Source of the DNA: Alkanindiges illinoisensis DSM 15370
GTDB lineage: Bacteria > Pseudomonadota > Gammaproteobacteria > Pseudomonadales > Moraxellaceae
Direction of reading: 5' to 3'
Assembly (NCBI RefSeq): GCF_000619845.1
Contig: NZ_JHUX01000003.1
Span: 1,180,064 to 1,212,063 of the forward strand
DNA: 32,000 nucleotides
A program made the translations under genes and the position numbers. Below, one piece after another: positions 18,019 through 26,803 of this stretch; the stretch's first letter is position 1, and every line of letters begins with the position of its first letter. A model generated the notes under the pieces. That model was not told the DNA's origin. It saw only the letters and a program-made list of their open reading frames with translations, and did not search any database.

Positions 18019-18882
18019 ATGAGCGACAGCACTAACCAGCTGATGCCCTTGTCTTTAACCGCTCCCGGCGTAAACCTGGGTGCCTACATCAGCACTGTTA
18101 ACCAGATTCCAATCTTAACGGCTGAGCAGGAAAAAGCGCTTGCTGATCGTTATTTTTATGATCAGGATGTTGATGCTGCCAAGATGCTTGTAATGTCTCA
18201 CCTACGCTTTGTAGTTCATATTGCCAGAAGCTATGCTGGTTATGGCCTACCTCAGGCTGATCTGATTCAGGAAGGCAATCTGGGTTTGATGAAAGCGGTG
18301 AAACGCTTTGACCCCACGATGGGCGTTCGTCTGGTGTCGTTTGCCGTACACTGGATTAAAGCGGAAATCCATGAATTTGTCATTCGTAACTGGCGAATTG
18401 TCAAAGTGGCCACTACTAAAGCACAGCGTAAACTATTCTTTAATTTACGCAGTTTGAAAAAGGCCAGTCGCAAATTAACGCTGGACGAAGCAGCCGCCAT
18501 TGCACAGGATTTGAATGTAACGCCTGAGCAAGTGCTGGAAATGGAAGGCCGCCTCACAGCTTATGATGCCTCCTTTGAAGCGCAAACCGACGATGATGAT
18601 GAAGGCCGTGTTGCGCCAGTAATTTATCTGGAAGACAGTCGCTACGATCCGGCGCGTGAAGTTGAGGACGCAGACTGGGAAGAACACAACAACAATGCCC
18701 TACATGATGCCATGGGCATGCTGGATGACCGCTCACGCACAATTTTGCAGCGACGCTGGCTGGATGATGAAAAATCTACCCTGCATGAGCTTGCTGCCGA
18801 ATACAACGTATCTGCCGAACGTATTCGTCAACTGGAAAAAAATGCCATGGAAAAAATCAAGACAGCCATGATGGCTGGTTAG
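18019..18882 (+). CDS. rpoH: RNA polymerase sigma-32 (heat-shock sigma factor)
   Basis: 287-aa ORF with region 2 DLIQEGNLGLMKAVKRFDP, the RpoH box QRKLFFNLR and region 4.2 STLHELAAEYNVSAERIRQLE. An AAGGAG SD sits 5 nt before the ATG. Confidence 0.95.
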   Translation: MSDSTNQLMPLSLTAPGVNLGAYISTVNQIPILTAEQEKALADRYFYDQDVDAAKMLVMSHLRFVVHIARSYAGYGLPQADLIQEGNLGLMKAVKRFDPTMGVRLVSFAVHWIKAEIHEFVIRNWRIVKVATTKAQRKLFFNLRSLKKASRKLTLDEAAAIAQDLNVTPEQVLEMEGRLTAYDASFEAQTDDDDEGRVAPVIYLEDSRYDPAREVEDADWEEHNNNALHDAMGMLDDRSRTILQRRWLDDEKSTLHELAAEYNVSAERIRQLEKNAMEKIKTAMMAG

Positions 18883-18933
18883 GAGATAAGGGCTGATTTA
18901 TTGATGTTCTAAATTCAATCCTTTGCTGAATTC

Positions 18934-18971
18934 AAGAGCCATAAAACAGATATTTATGGCTCTTTTATTTT
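18934..18971 (+). terminator. Intrinsic terminator of rpoH
   Basis: AAGAGCCATAAA (18934-18945) pairs with TTTATGGCTCTT (18953-18964): a 12-bp perfect stem with a 7-nt loop, followed by a T-rich tract (TTATTTT). Confidence 0.85.
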
Positions 18972-19083
18972 GGACGAAATGCTGAATAATCCGTTGAATC
19001 CTGATGATCTTGCCTATGGCATTCATGGTTATTTAAGCCGGTTTTGGGTAAACTAGCAGCCTGCATACTACGGACTTATCTTG

Positions 19084-19449
19084 ATGTGGATTGCTATTGC
19101 GGCTATTAATCTGGCTATTGCCGTTGTGCTTGGTGCATTTGGTGCCCATGGCTTAAAAAGTCGTGCTTCGGTTGATCAACTGGGCTGGTGGCATACTGCA
19201 ACCGAGTACTTTTTTTATCATGCCCTTGGTTTGCTGGCTATGGGCATTTTGATGAAAATCCTGCCTGAGCTGTCATTCAAAGTACCATCGGCACTTTTGC
19301 AGTTGGGGATCATCATTTTTTGTGGTTCATTATATCTAATGGCGCTTGGTGCTCCACGCTGGTTTGGGGCGATTACGCCACTCGGGGGCCTGGCCATGAT
19401 TGCTGGCTGGCTTGGTCTGGCATGGATTATGATTCGGGCGCAAACATGA
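19084..19449 (+). CDS. DUF423 (YgdD-like) small inner-membrane protein
   Basis: ORF of about 121 aa with four TM segments and LGAFGAHGL near the N-terminus, typical of DUF423. The track start at 19081 is a TTG immediately followed by ATG 19084. The stop TGA (19447-19449) overlaps the thiS ATG (ATGA). Confidence 0.75.
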   Translation: MWIAIAAINLAIAVVLGAFGAHGLKSRASVDQLGWWHTATEYFFYHALGLLAMGILMKILPELSFKVPSALLQLGIIIFCGSLYLMALGAPRWFGAITPLGGLAMIAGWLGLAWIMIRAQT

Positions 19450-19667
19450 GTAGCAGCATGAACACCTATACCAATGTACACATTAATGGTGAAGCCAGAC
19501 AGGTGAAATCTGTCACGCTGGCAGACTTGATCATCGAGCTTGGCTTACAAGATAAACGCCTTGCTGTGGAGCTGGATGAAATGCTGGTGCCAAAAAGCAA
19601 ACATGCTGAAACAGCATTATATGACAATGCAAAAATTGAAATTATTCAAGCTGTTGGTGGAGGTTAA
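19446..19667 (+). CDS. thiS: Sulfur-carrier protein ThiS
   Basis: This is the C-terminal part of track ORF 19320-19667. The 73-aa product ends in GG (IIQAVGGG-stop) and has ThiS-like length and pattern (HINGE...TLADLI...LAVELDEMLVP). There is an alternative ATG at 19458. It sits directly upstream of thiG. Confidence 0.85.
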   Translation: MSSSMNTYTNVHINGEARQVKSVTLADLIIELGLQDKRLAVELDEMLVPKSKHAETALYDNAKIEIIQAVGGG

Positions 19668-19670
19668 TTG

Positions 19671-20540
19671 ATGTCACAGCTCAACACACATTCAAGCAGC
19701 GCTGATTCAGATCTCATCCAATTGAGTGATTCATCCAGCAGATTTGACCAGCCACTGATCATTGGCTCTCGACAGTTTAATTCCCGTCTATTGGTAGGCA
19801 CTGGCAAATACAAGGATCTGGCTGAAACCGGCGCTGCCATTGAAACCAGTGGTGCTGAAATTGTGACAGTTGCCATTCGCCGGGTGAATATCGGCCAGGA
19901 CCCGGATCAGCCAAACCTGTTAGCTGTTATTCCCCCAGAAAAATATACCATTTTGCCCAATACTGCAGGCTGTTTTGATGCCGATAGCGCAATCCGTACT
20001 TGTATGCTGGCGCGTGAATTGCTGGATGGGCATAATCTGGTCAAGCTGGAAGTACTGGGTGACCAGAAAACCCTGTATCCCAATGTGGTACATACCTTAA
20101 AGGCAGCACGTACCCTGATTGATGATGGTTTTGAGGTGATGGTCTATACCTCGGATGATCCAATCATTGCGCAGGAACTTGCAGATATGGGTTGTGTGGC
20201 TGTGATGCCTCTAGGTAGCCTGATTGGTTCTGGTCTGGGCCTCACCAATCCGCACAATATCCGCCTGATTCTGGAAAATGCTGCTCAAAGTAAAAACCAA
20301 GTGCCCATTATTGTTGATGCAGGTGTGGGTACGGCCAGCGATGCAGCCATTGCCATGGAGCTGGGTTGCGCGGGTGTGCTGATGAATACAGCCATTGCGG
20401 CAGCGCAACAACCAGTGCTAATGGCGTCTGCCATGAAAAAAGCGGTTGAGGCTGGCCGCGAGGCTTATCTGGCAGGACGTATGGCTCGCAAGCCTTATGC
20501 AGCAGCCAGCTCACCAGAAACCGGTTATTTCTTTAAATAA
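19671..20540 (+). CDS. thiG: Thiazole synthase
   Basis: Highly similar to Pseudomonas-type ThiG: [95 protein letters not shown]. The ATG at 19671 follows the thiS stop by 3 nt. Confidence 0.95.
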   Translation: MSQLNTHSSSADSDLIQLSDSSSRFDQPLIIGSRQFNSRLLVGTGKYKDLAETGAAIETSGAEIVTVAIRRVNIGQDPDQPNLLAVIPPEKYTILPNTAGCFDADSAIRTCMLARELLDGHNLVKLEVLGDQKTLYPNVVHTLKAARTLIDDGFEVMVYTSDDPIIAQELADMGCVAVMPLGSLIGSGLGLTNPHNIRLILENAAQSKNQVPIIVDAGVGTASDAAIAMELGCAGVLMNTAIAAAQQPVLMASAMKKAVEAGREAYLAGRMARKPYAAASSPETGYFFK

Positions 20541-20565
20541 CTTGTGTCCTCGAATGCATTGAATT

Positions 20566-20594
20566 AAGGGGCAGTATTTGCCCCTTTTTATTTA
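20566..20594 (+). terminator. Intrinsic terminator of thiG
   Basis: AAGGGGCA (20566-20573) pairs with TGCCCCTT (20579-20586) across a 5-nt loop, followed by TTTATTTAT. Confidence 0.85.
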
Positions 20595-20624
20595 TCGTTT
20601 TTATGTGCTGCCAGCATTAGATAG

Positions 20625-21227
20625 CTACACCAAACCTTCTTCTTTTAGGCTTTTTTGTACAGCTGGATATTCACTCACCTTTTGCTTATGCACCTGCAAA
20701 TTGGAAAACTGGCTTAAATCCAGTTTCATATTGCTGGCCCAGGTTAAAATTACAAACAGGTAAATATCGGCAATACTGATGACATCGCCAGTGACATAAG
20801 CCTGCTGCGCCAGAACCTGATCAATATAGGTAAAGCGGTTGTTGATTTTATCTTTAGCAGCTTTTTTAGCTTCATCACTGGAGGCAGGATTAAACAGCGG
20901 CGCAAAGCTTTTATGAATTTCTGAACCAATAAAAGCCAGCCATTCCACCACACGAATTTTAGGCAAACCCTGTTCAGGAAATAAATGATAATTTTGCTGA
21001 CTTTCCGATAAATACTGTGCTACTGCTGGCAATTCGGTAATACGCTCGCCACTGTCCAGCTCCAGAGTGGGAACATACCCTTTTGGATTAATCTCATAAT
21101 AATCACGACCATCTTCTGTCTTATGGCTTTTTAAATCCACCCTGACCAGTTCATATTCAACGCCCATATCATTGAGTAGCACATGGATGGTTAAGGGACA
21201 GGCACCGGGTGAATAATACAGTTTCAT
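20625..21227 (-). CDS. gst: Glutathione S-transferase, beta class (GstA-like)
   Basis: 200-aa ORF. MKLYYSPGACPLTIHVLL and INPKGYVPTLELD are colinear with E. coli GstA (MKLFYKPGACSLASHITL, VNPKGQVPALLLD). Confidence 0.85.
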   Translation of the reverse strand: MKLYYSPGACPLTIHVLLNDMGVEYELVRVDLKSHKTEDGRDYYEINPKGYVPTLELDSGERITELPAVAQYLSESQQNYHLFPEQGLPKIRVVEWLAFIGSEIHKSFAPLFNPASSDEAKKAAKDKINNRFTYIDQVLAQQAYVTGDVISIADIYLFVILTWASNMKLDLSQFSNLQVHKQKVSEYPAVQKSLKEEGLV

Positions 21228-21365
21228 GAGTTAATTCCTGAGCTGGCAATAGCTTAGGATTCTAGCAGCTTGCAAAACCAGCAGGTTTTGGCCTTTGTTT
21301 CAGCATGTTGTGTTTGCATTAATAGGTCAGATAAAACAGTGTGCTGGCTTAAACGGTTTAGATGA

Positions 21366-22268
21366 TCAATACATGGGTGAGCTAAAGCTCGTTACCTGGT
21401 CAATCCGGTGCTTATCCATGAGTAGCATCAGTAAACGATCCAGCCCCAAAAAAATTCTGCCATGCTTTAGCATAGGTTGCTGATTTTCTATAACCTGTTC
21501 GGCCTGTGTCACTTGCCCACTTACCAGCTTTAAGCCATCAATATATAAAACAAAATTAACCGCTACTGCAAAGCCATCCTCATTAATTTTGGTTTGCGCT
21601 GTGACTGCCTTCTCAACCGGAAAATCTGTTAAAAACACAGGTTGGTTATAGCCCAGCGTGGGTTCGATAAAATGGCAAAACAGCACTTCCAGCCATGCCA
21701 TTCGGTCTTCCCCGTAATTAACATTTAAGCCAACACGGCGCGCCAGCTCCTTAAGCTGTTTGACCTCTGCCTGATGCGGATTGATATCCAGCCGACGCAT
21801 AAAAGCATGCTGATAACTGATGACTTCAAAATCAATGCGATAACCAAACACGTGGGCCAGCAAATCCTGGCTGTCCTGCATGAGTTGCGTAAAAGTGGCA
21901 TTAGGTGTGTACCACGCCAGCATGGAAAATTCACTGCTGTGTTTACGCTTGTGTTCATGCACATTATTAGTGTGCTGAAATACTTTGCATATCTGGTAAA
22001 TCGCGCCACAGCCACAAGCCAGTAATTGCTGCATGGCCGAGGCAGGTGAAGACTGCAATGAGATTTGCAGATTGCTACTGTGTGCTTCAGTAATATGCTG
22101 CTGGACAATCATGGCTCGATTATCACTGTGTGCAGTTGCCTGCAAAATGGGTGTTTCCACCTCCAGCACCTGACGCTGGCTAAAAAACTCACGAATATGC
22201 TGATATAAAATGGCCCGCGCGCGTATGGCCTGTAATCTGTCCGACTGCTGGGAAGTAGATGTATTCAT
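21366..22268 (-). CDS. EpmA/GenX (PoxA)-like class II aminoacyl-tRNA-synthetase paralogue with degenerate catalytic motifs
   Basis: 300-aa intact ORF colinear with E. coli EpmA: IREFFSQRQVLEVETP vs IRRFFADRGVLEVETP; QQLLACGCGAIYQICKVF vs KRLLVAGCGPVFQLCRSF; SYQHAFMRRLDINP vs SYQQAFLRYLEIDP; GLDRLLML vs GVDRLVML. Motif 2 and the acidic ATP/Mg ligands are substituted (see findings). Confidence 0.7.
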   Translation of the reverse strand: MNTSTSQQSDRLQAIRARAILYQHIREFFSQRQVLEVETPILQATAHSDNRAMIVQQHITEAHSSNLQISLQSSPASAMQQLLACGCGAIYQICKVFQHTNNVHEHKRKHSSEFSMLAWYTPNATFTQLMQDSQDLLAHVFGYRIDFEVISYQHAFMRRLDINPHQAEVKQLKELARRVGLNVNYGEDRMAWLEVLFCHFIEPTLGYNQPVFLTDFPVEKAVTAQTKINEDGFAVAVNFVLYIDGLKLVSGQVTQAEQVIENQQPMLKHGRIFLGLDRLLMLLMDKHRIDQVTSFSSPMY

Positions 22269-22334
22269 GGAGCAGGTTTCCGGCTGTTTCTTTTAATTAA
22301 TAACATCATGAACAAGCAAAATAATTAAGACCGA

Positions 22335-23438
22335 TTACAGTGATTGATCACCATAGGCCGCCCACTCACGGCGCAAGGGATAGGTTTTGCGCAAATAATC
22401 AAAATGAGCAGCGTCCACTACACCGTCTGCATTGAGTCCTGCCCTTAAGGCTTGGTCATCCGCACGGATATCATAGAGCTGTGGCAGCAAGGATAATAAT
22501 TGGGACTGTAAAGGCTGATCAGAACTAAATAATTCTGGCATGTCAGCAAGCTGGCTTTCAAATTGCTTTGACGCATTAATATTAAAATGCTGGCAAAAGG
22601 CCTGATAGATCATTTGCGTGCCGCGTGCCTTGCCTTCCAGACTATATCCTGCAATATGTGGCGTGGCTAAAGCCAGATGATCCAGCAGATTTTGGGAAAT
22701 CACCGGTTCCTGCTCAAATACATCCAGCACCACCGGACGCCGCGTTTTTGCAATGTCATCCAGTAGGGCCTGCTCGCTTACCACTTCGCCCCGGGCTGAA
22801 TTGATGAGCAAACAGGCTGGCTTCATTTGGGCAAATGTGTCTGCGTTAAATAAATGATAGGTGGCATGAATCCCAGTCTGGGTGAGTGGCACATGAATGC
22901 TGATAGCATCTGACTGTGCCAGCACTTGTGCAAAGCTCAGGTTTTCAATATCCGGCAATTGTACGTTTGGATCAGTACCAATAACACGCCAGCCCAGTCG
23001 CTGTGCAAGCATTGCCAGTCTGCTGCCGACATTACCGAGGCCAATAAGCCCTAAGCAAAAATCTCTACCAGCATGAATCTTTTCAGGCTGCAAGGTTAAA
23101 ATTGCCGTTACTACATATTCAGCCACAGCTTGCGCATTACAGCCCGGCGCATGACTCACATCAATGTTAGCCGCAGCAAGGCCTGTCAGATCAATATGGT
23201 CGGTGCCAATGGTTGCACTGCCCACAAATTCAACTGCCGAGCCTTGCAGCAATGCTGGCGTGACCTTGGTAACCGAACGCACCAGCAAGGCATTGGCGTT
23301 ATGCACATCACTGGCCTGAATGCCACGCCCTGCCCGGTATTCAATATCAGCCAGATCCGCAAAAAAATAATCAGTCAGCGCCAGGTTTTCATCTGCAATA
23401 ATTTTTAGCGGTCTGTCCTGCAATGTCTTTTGGTTCAA
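22335..23438 (-). CDS. pdxB: Erythronate-4-phosphate dehydrogenase
   Basis: 367-aa ORF colinear with E. coli PdxB: IIADEN, LLVRSVTKV, VGSATIGTDHID, APGCNA.AVAEYV, GLIGLGNVG, NSARGEVV, HIAGYSLEGKARGT and a C-terminal dimerisation domain. The start is a TTG preceded by AAGGA at a 7-nt spacing. Confidence 0.92.
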   Translation of the reverse strand: MNQKTLQDRPLKIIADENLALTDYFFADLADIEYRAGRGIQASDVHNANALLVRSVTKVTPALLQGSAVEFVGSATIGTDHIDLTGLAAANIDVSHAPGCNAQAVAEYVVTAILTLQPEKIHAGRDFCLGLIGLGNVGSRLAMLAQRLGWRVIGTDPNVQLPDIENLSFAQVLAQSDAISIHVPLTQTGIHATYHLFNADTFAQMKPACLLINSARGEVVSEQALLDDIAKTRRPVVLDVFEQEPVISQNLLDHLALATPHIAGYSLEGKARGTQMIYQAFCQHFNINASKQFESQLADMPELFSSDQPLQSQLLSLLPQLYDIRADDQALRAGLNADGVVDAAHFDYLRKTYPLRREWAAYGDQSL

Positions 23439-23506
23439 AACGGCATCCTTATGGCTAGTTGTTGATAGAAATTACTGATTCAAATATATCAGCATCCTTA
23501 TCTGAA

Positions 23507-25939
23507 TCACTCTCGACGTAAAATCATTAACGGTGACGTATTCCAGAGTGGGCGTAAACGGGACTGGCCAATAACCAGTGCCAGACATAGCATAATAACT
23601 GGCAGAATAATCCACCAGCTATAATGCAGGCTAAAAGGAATGCTTAAGCGCCAGCTCATCAAGCCAGCCACACTTTCTGCCAGCACAACAGCCATCAAAC
23701 CAGCCAGCACCCCAATCATGGCCATTTCCAGACTTAAACGAAGGCGCAATTGCTGGCGCGACAGGCCAATCACCCGTAACAAAATGACCTCCGGCTGACG
23801 CTGGTCAACCAAAAGTTGCAAGCTGGCCAGCAATACCAGTACCCCTGCAATGGACACCAGCCCGGCTAGAAGTGCCAATGCCTGCCCTAATACCTCCAGC
23901 AAGCGGCGTACCTCGTTCAAAATCGCATCAATATCAATAAACACCGTGGTTGGAAAATCGGCAATGACTTGTGCCAGCTGCTGATGCTGTGCCGGGGGAA
24001 CATAAAAACTGCCCAGATAACTGCCTGCAAACTCATCCATGCTACCGGGCGAATAAATAAAGAAAAAGTTTGGGCTAAAGCTATCCCAATTGACGCTACG
24101 AATGCTAACCACAGTAGCGATCAAATTACCTTCTGGCAGGCTCATGGTGAGTTTATCACCTAAATTAATGCCCAGACTGGTGGCGGTTTCCTGCTCTACC
24201 GATACCTGATTAACAGCGTTAAAAGGCTTTCCGGCCAATACCTGATTGTCGGCTGGAAACTGACTGGACTGGGTCAGATTCAGTTCACGGCGCAAACTAT
24301 TGTGCTGTTTGACTTGCGCTGCACTAAAGGGCTTGCCATTTTTTGCAATCAAACGGCCTTTAATGTTGGGATATAACGGTGTACCTTGCCATTGTTGTAA
24401 TTGCAAACGTCGCACAAATTCATCTTTCTGGTCTGGTGGTAAACCATAAACAAACTGGTTGGGTGTGCCCTGTGGCAGGCTGGTTTGCCAGCGCTGCATC
24501 AGGTCATTGCGCAGAAATAGCAAGATAGTCAGTAAGCCTAGTCCTAACGATAAAGCCAGAATTTGCAGGCTGATTTGTCGGGGCTGACGGATATAACTTT
24601 GGCCAAAACTAGTTTTCTGGATGAGCTTTAGCATCAGTAGTGTGATGACATATAACACTGCCAGTAATACCAGCACACCACCCAGCAAGGTAATACTCAA
24701 ACCCAGCTTACCGGTTTGTACCAGTAAAAAAATAAACAATGCTGCAAAAGCACTGCCACCGATCAGGATTTTTGACCAGCTAAAATGCTGTTCCACCCGG
24801 CGAATAACCCGTAACGGTGACACATAAATCAGGCGCAATAAATCCGGTACTGCAAAACCCGCCAGCAATACAGCGGCTGCAAAAATGCCAGTGAGTAATG
24901 GCATGCCCAACAATAAAACAGGTTGAAACTGAAGCTCTAATGCAGGTAATGCCTGACGCAAAATATGTAGCAAACCATACGCAACCCCAGCGCCGATAAG
25001 AGTTCCGCTAATGGCAGCAGCCAGCAGTAATAAACCCAGCAAACCCAGATACACCAGAATCATTTGCCGATGACTCGCCCCCAGACAGCGCAGCATGGCA
25101 AACTGGTCAATTTGTTCAGTCACATAACGCTGGCAAGCCAATGCAATAGCAACCCCACACAGCAGCATGGTGAGAATACTGGCAATTTGTGCATAGTCAT
25201 CCAGTGTTTGTACGGGACGCATCAAACGGGTATTGCCCTGACTGGCAACACGCAGTTGCACGCCTTGAGGCAGGTTATCCTTATAGCGCTGTTCAAAAGC
25301 CTGCACCTGTTGCGGCTGCCCTGCCATTATTAGGCGATAATCAATGCGACTGCCCACCTGAATGGCCTTGGTTCGTGCCACATCCTGCTGATTGATGATC
25401 ACCGTGGGTGAAAACCCGCTCATACCAGTTTCCTGATTGGGATCTCGCACAATGGAAGCTACCACCTTAAAGCTGGCATCGCCAATCCGAATCTGGTCAC
25501 CCAGCCGGACTTTGAGCAAGTCAAACAGGCGTGGCGCCAACCAGATAGTTTGTGGCGCAGGAATACCCGTTGAGGATGATTGTGCAGGTTCAATACCCAG
25601 TTTTCCCCGTAATGGAAAGCCGGGATTTACTGCCTTCACATTGACCAGCACAAACTGTTCACCCGTTTGCGCCATACTGCTAAAAACCATAGTGGCATTG
25701 GTACGCAATTGATAAGCCTGCGCACGCTGTTGCCACACTGCATCCAGTGGCTGGTTACTGCTGAGTACCAGATCTCCTGCCAGCAATTGTCCGGCTTGCT
25801 GGTTAATGGCAATGCTTAGCGTATCACTGGTAAAGCGCAAGGCCGTGGTTGCAGTCACCGCCAGCACCAGTGCAGCAAATAGCATCCAGACGCCACGTCC
25901 TGCCATACTCTGGCGCAGCATTAAGATAAACAGTCCCAT
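23507..25939 (-). CDS. ybbP: ABC transporter permease, YbbP-like (two FtsX/MacB-type domains)
   Basis: 810-aa polytopic ORF with two FtsX-type 4-TM modules separated by large periplasmic domains. It lies 3 nt downstream of the ybbA-like ATPase and next to tesA, the same arrangement as tesA / ybbA-ybbP in E. coli. Confidence 0.8.
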   Translation of the reverse strand: MGLFILMLRQSMAGRGVWMLFAALVLAVTATTALRFTSDTLSIAINQQAGQLLAGDLVLSSNQPLDAVWQQRAQAYQLRTNATMVFSSMAQTGEQFVLVNVKAVNPGFPLRGKLGIEPAQSSSTGIPAPQTIWLAPRLFDLLKVRLGDQIRIGDASFKVVASIVRDPNQETGMSGFSPTVIINQQDVARTKAIQVGSRIDYRLIMAGQPQQVQAFEQRYKDNLPQGVQLRVASQGNTRLMRPVQTLDDYAQIASILTMLLCGVAIALACQRYVTEQIDQFAMLRCLGASHRQMILVYLGLLGLLLLAAAISGTLIGAGVAYGLLHILRQALPALELQFQPVLLLGMPLLTGIFAAAVLLAGFAVPDLLRLIYVSPLRVIRRVEQHFSWSKILIGGSAFAALFIFLLVQTGKLGLSITLLGGVLVLLAVLYVITLLMLKLIQKTSFGQSYIRQPRQISLQILALSLGLGLLTILLFLRNDLMQRWQTSLPQGTPNQFVYGLPPDQKDEFVRRLQLQQWQGTPLYPNIKGRLIAKNGKPFSAAQVKQHNSLRRELNLTQSSQFPADNQVLAGKPFNAVNQVSVEQETATSLGINLGDKLTMSLPEGNLIATVVSIRSVNWDSFSPNFFFIYSPGSMDEFAGSYLGSFYVPPAQHQQLAQVIADFPTTVFIDIDAILNEVRRLLEVLGQALALLAGLVSIAGVLVLLASLQLLVDQRQPEVILLRVIGLSRQQLRLRLSLEMAMIGVLAGLMAVVLAESVAGLMSWRLSIPFSLHYSWWIILPVIMLCLALVIGQSRLRPLWNTSPLMILRRE

Positions 25940-25942
25940 GTC

Positions 25943-26803
25943 TTACTCTCCCGACACAGAACGGGTTAAATGATCCTGATAGCCCTGCTTTAGAACACCG
26001 TTTTCAGCCAGCACCGAACTTTCCTGAAAATGGCCATCCTGCAAATGCAGTTGTCGGTTACAACGGCTGGCCAATTCCAGATCATGCGTCACCAGCACCA
26101 ATGTTGTGCCACGTTCCCGGTTTAAACTAAACAGTAAATCTTCAATCGCACGGGCGGTATGACCATCCAGATTTCCGGTGGGCTCATCGGCAAAAATAAC
26201 CTGTGGCTCAGTCACCAACGCCCGGGCAATGGCCACCCGCTGCTGCTCTCCACCAGACAATACACGCGGTGTTTGTAGCATACGATCCTGTAAGCCTACC
26301 CGTTCCAGCAATTCCTGACTGCGCAGACGTGCCTGGCGTGGCGTTACCGTTTTGCTCAAGGTTAACGGCAGCATAACGTTATCCAGTGCCGACAAATGAT
26401 TTAATAACTGAAAAGACTGGAAAACAAACCCCAGGTAGTGCAGGCGCACCCGCGCACGTTCATCCTCATTTAAATCGTGCAGTGCTTGTCCACACAGGAA
26501 AATGCGGCCTTGCGTGGCCTGATCCAGTCCGGCCAGCAACCCCAGCAAGGTTGATTTGCCCGAGCCGGAACGTCCAGTAATGGCAACCTGCTCTCCAGCC
26601 ATAATCCTTAAATTAAGCTGATGCAAAATGGTAATTTTACCAGTTGCCGTCTTCACGGTTTGCTCAAGTTGCTCTGCCATAATGACTGGCTTGGAAAGTG
26701 TGGGCTGAGCGTTGGATAAACCTTCTGCAACAGTTTGTATCGGCTCATTCTGCTTTAATAGTTGTTGTTCTGTTCCTGAGCTTGCCTGAGTCTGGTCTTG
26801 CAT
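25943..26803 (-). CDS. ybbA: ABC transporter ATP-binding protein, YbbA-like
   Basis: Walker [11 protein letters not shown]-loop, signature [14 protein letters not shown], Walker [12 protein letters not shown] and H-loop VTHD. Colinear with E. coli YbbA from M42 (ATG 26680) onward. The 41 codons up to 26803 form a Gln/Thr-rich extension of uncertain reality. Confidence 0.88.
   Translation of the reverse strand: MQDQTQASSGTEQQLLKQNEPIQTVAEGLSNAQPTLSKPVIMAEQLEQTVKTATGKITILHQLNLRIMAGEQVAITGRSGSGKSTLLGLLAGLDQATQGRIFLCGQALHDLNEDERARVRLHYLGFVFQSFQLLNHLSALDNVMLPLTLSKTVTPRQARLRSQELLERVGLQDRMLQTPRVLSGGEQQRVAIARALVTEPQVIFADEPTGNLDGHTARAIEDLLFSLNRERGTTLVLVTHDLELASRCNRQLHLQDGHFQESSVLAENGVLKQGYQDHLTRSVSGE

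Noticed and set aside
18979-19056. 25-codon ORF (MLNNPLNPDDLAYGIHGYLSRFWVN) in the same leader, as a possible leader peptide or small protein.
   Set aside because: It has no convincing SD and no features of a known leader peptide, and ORFs this short arise by chance. Ribo-seq or conservation data would be needed before calling it.
18972-19080. Possible TPP (THI-box) riboswitch in the leader of the DUF423-thiS-thiG unit. The stretch GCTGAATAATCCGTTGAATCCTGATGATC loosely echoes GCUGAGA...ACCC...GAACCUGAUC.
   Set aside because: Only fragments match (CTGAAT vs CTGAGA, ATCC vs ACCC, and an extra base in GAATCCTGAT). The upstream GGGGUGC and P1 elements and the downstream GGAUAAUGCCAGCG-AGGGA half are absent. 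An Infernal scan with the TPP model would settle it; I expect no significant hit.
21273-21290. Hairpin CAAAACC-AGCA-GGTTTTG between the EpmA-like gene and gst, as a terminator.
   Set aside because: In the minus (transcribed) orientation no U-run follows. In the plus orientation there is no gene to terminate. It may be an mRNA-stability or regulatory hairpin, but nothing supports a specific call.
23443-23501. 10-bp direct repeat GCATCCTTAT (23443-23452 and 23492-23501) in the ybbP-pdxB spacer.
   Set aside because: On the coding strand the repeat reads ATAAGGATGC, which is an SD-like AAGGA. One copy serves as the pdxB SD. A single short duplication in a 68-bp spacer is not enough to infer a mobile-element scar or a regulatory site.
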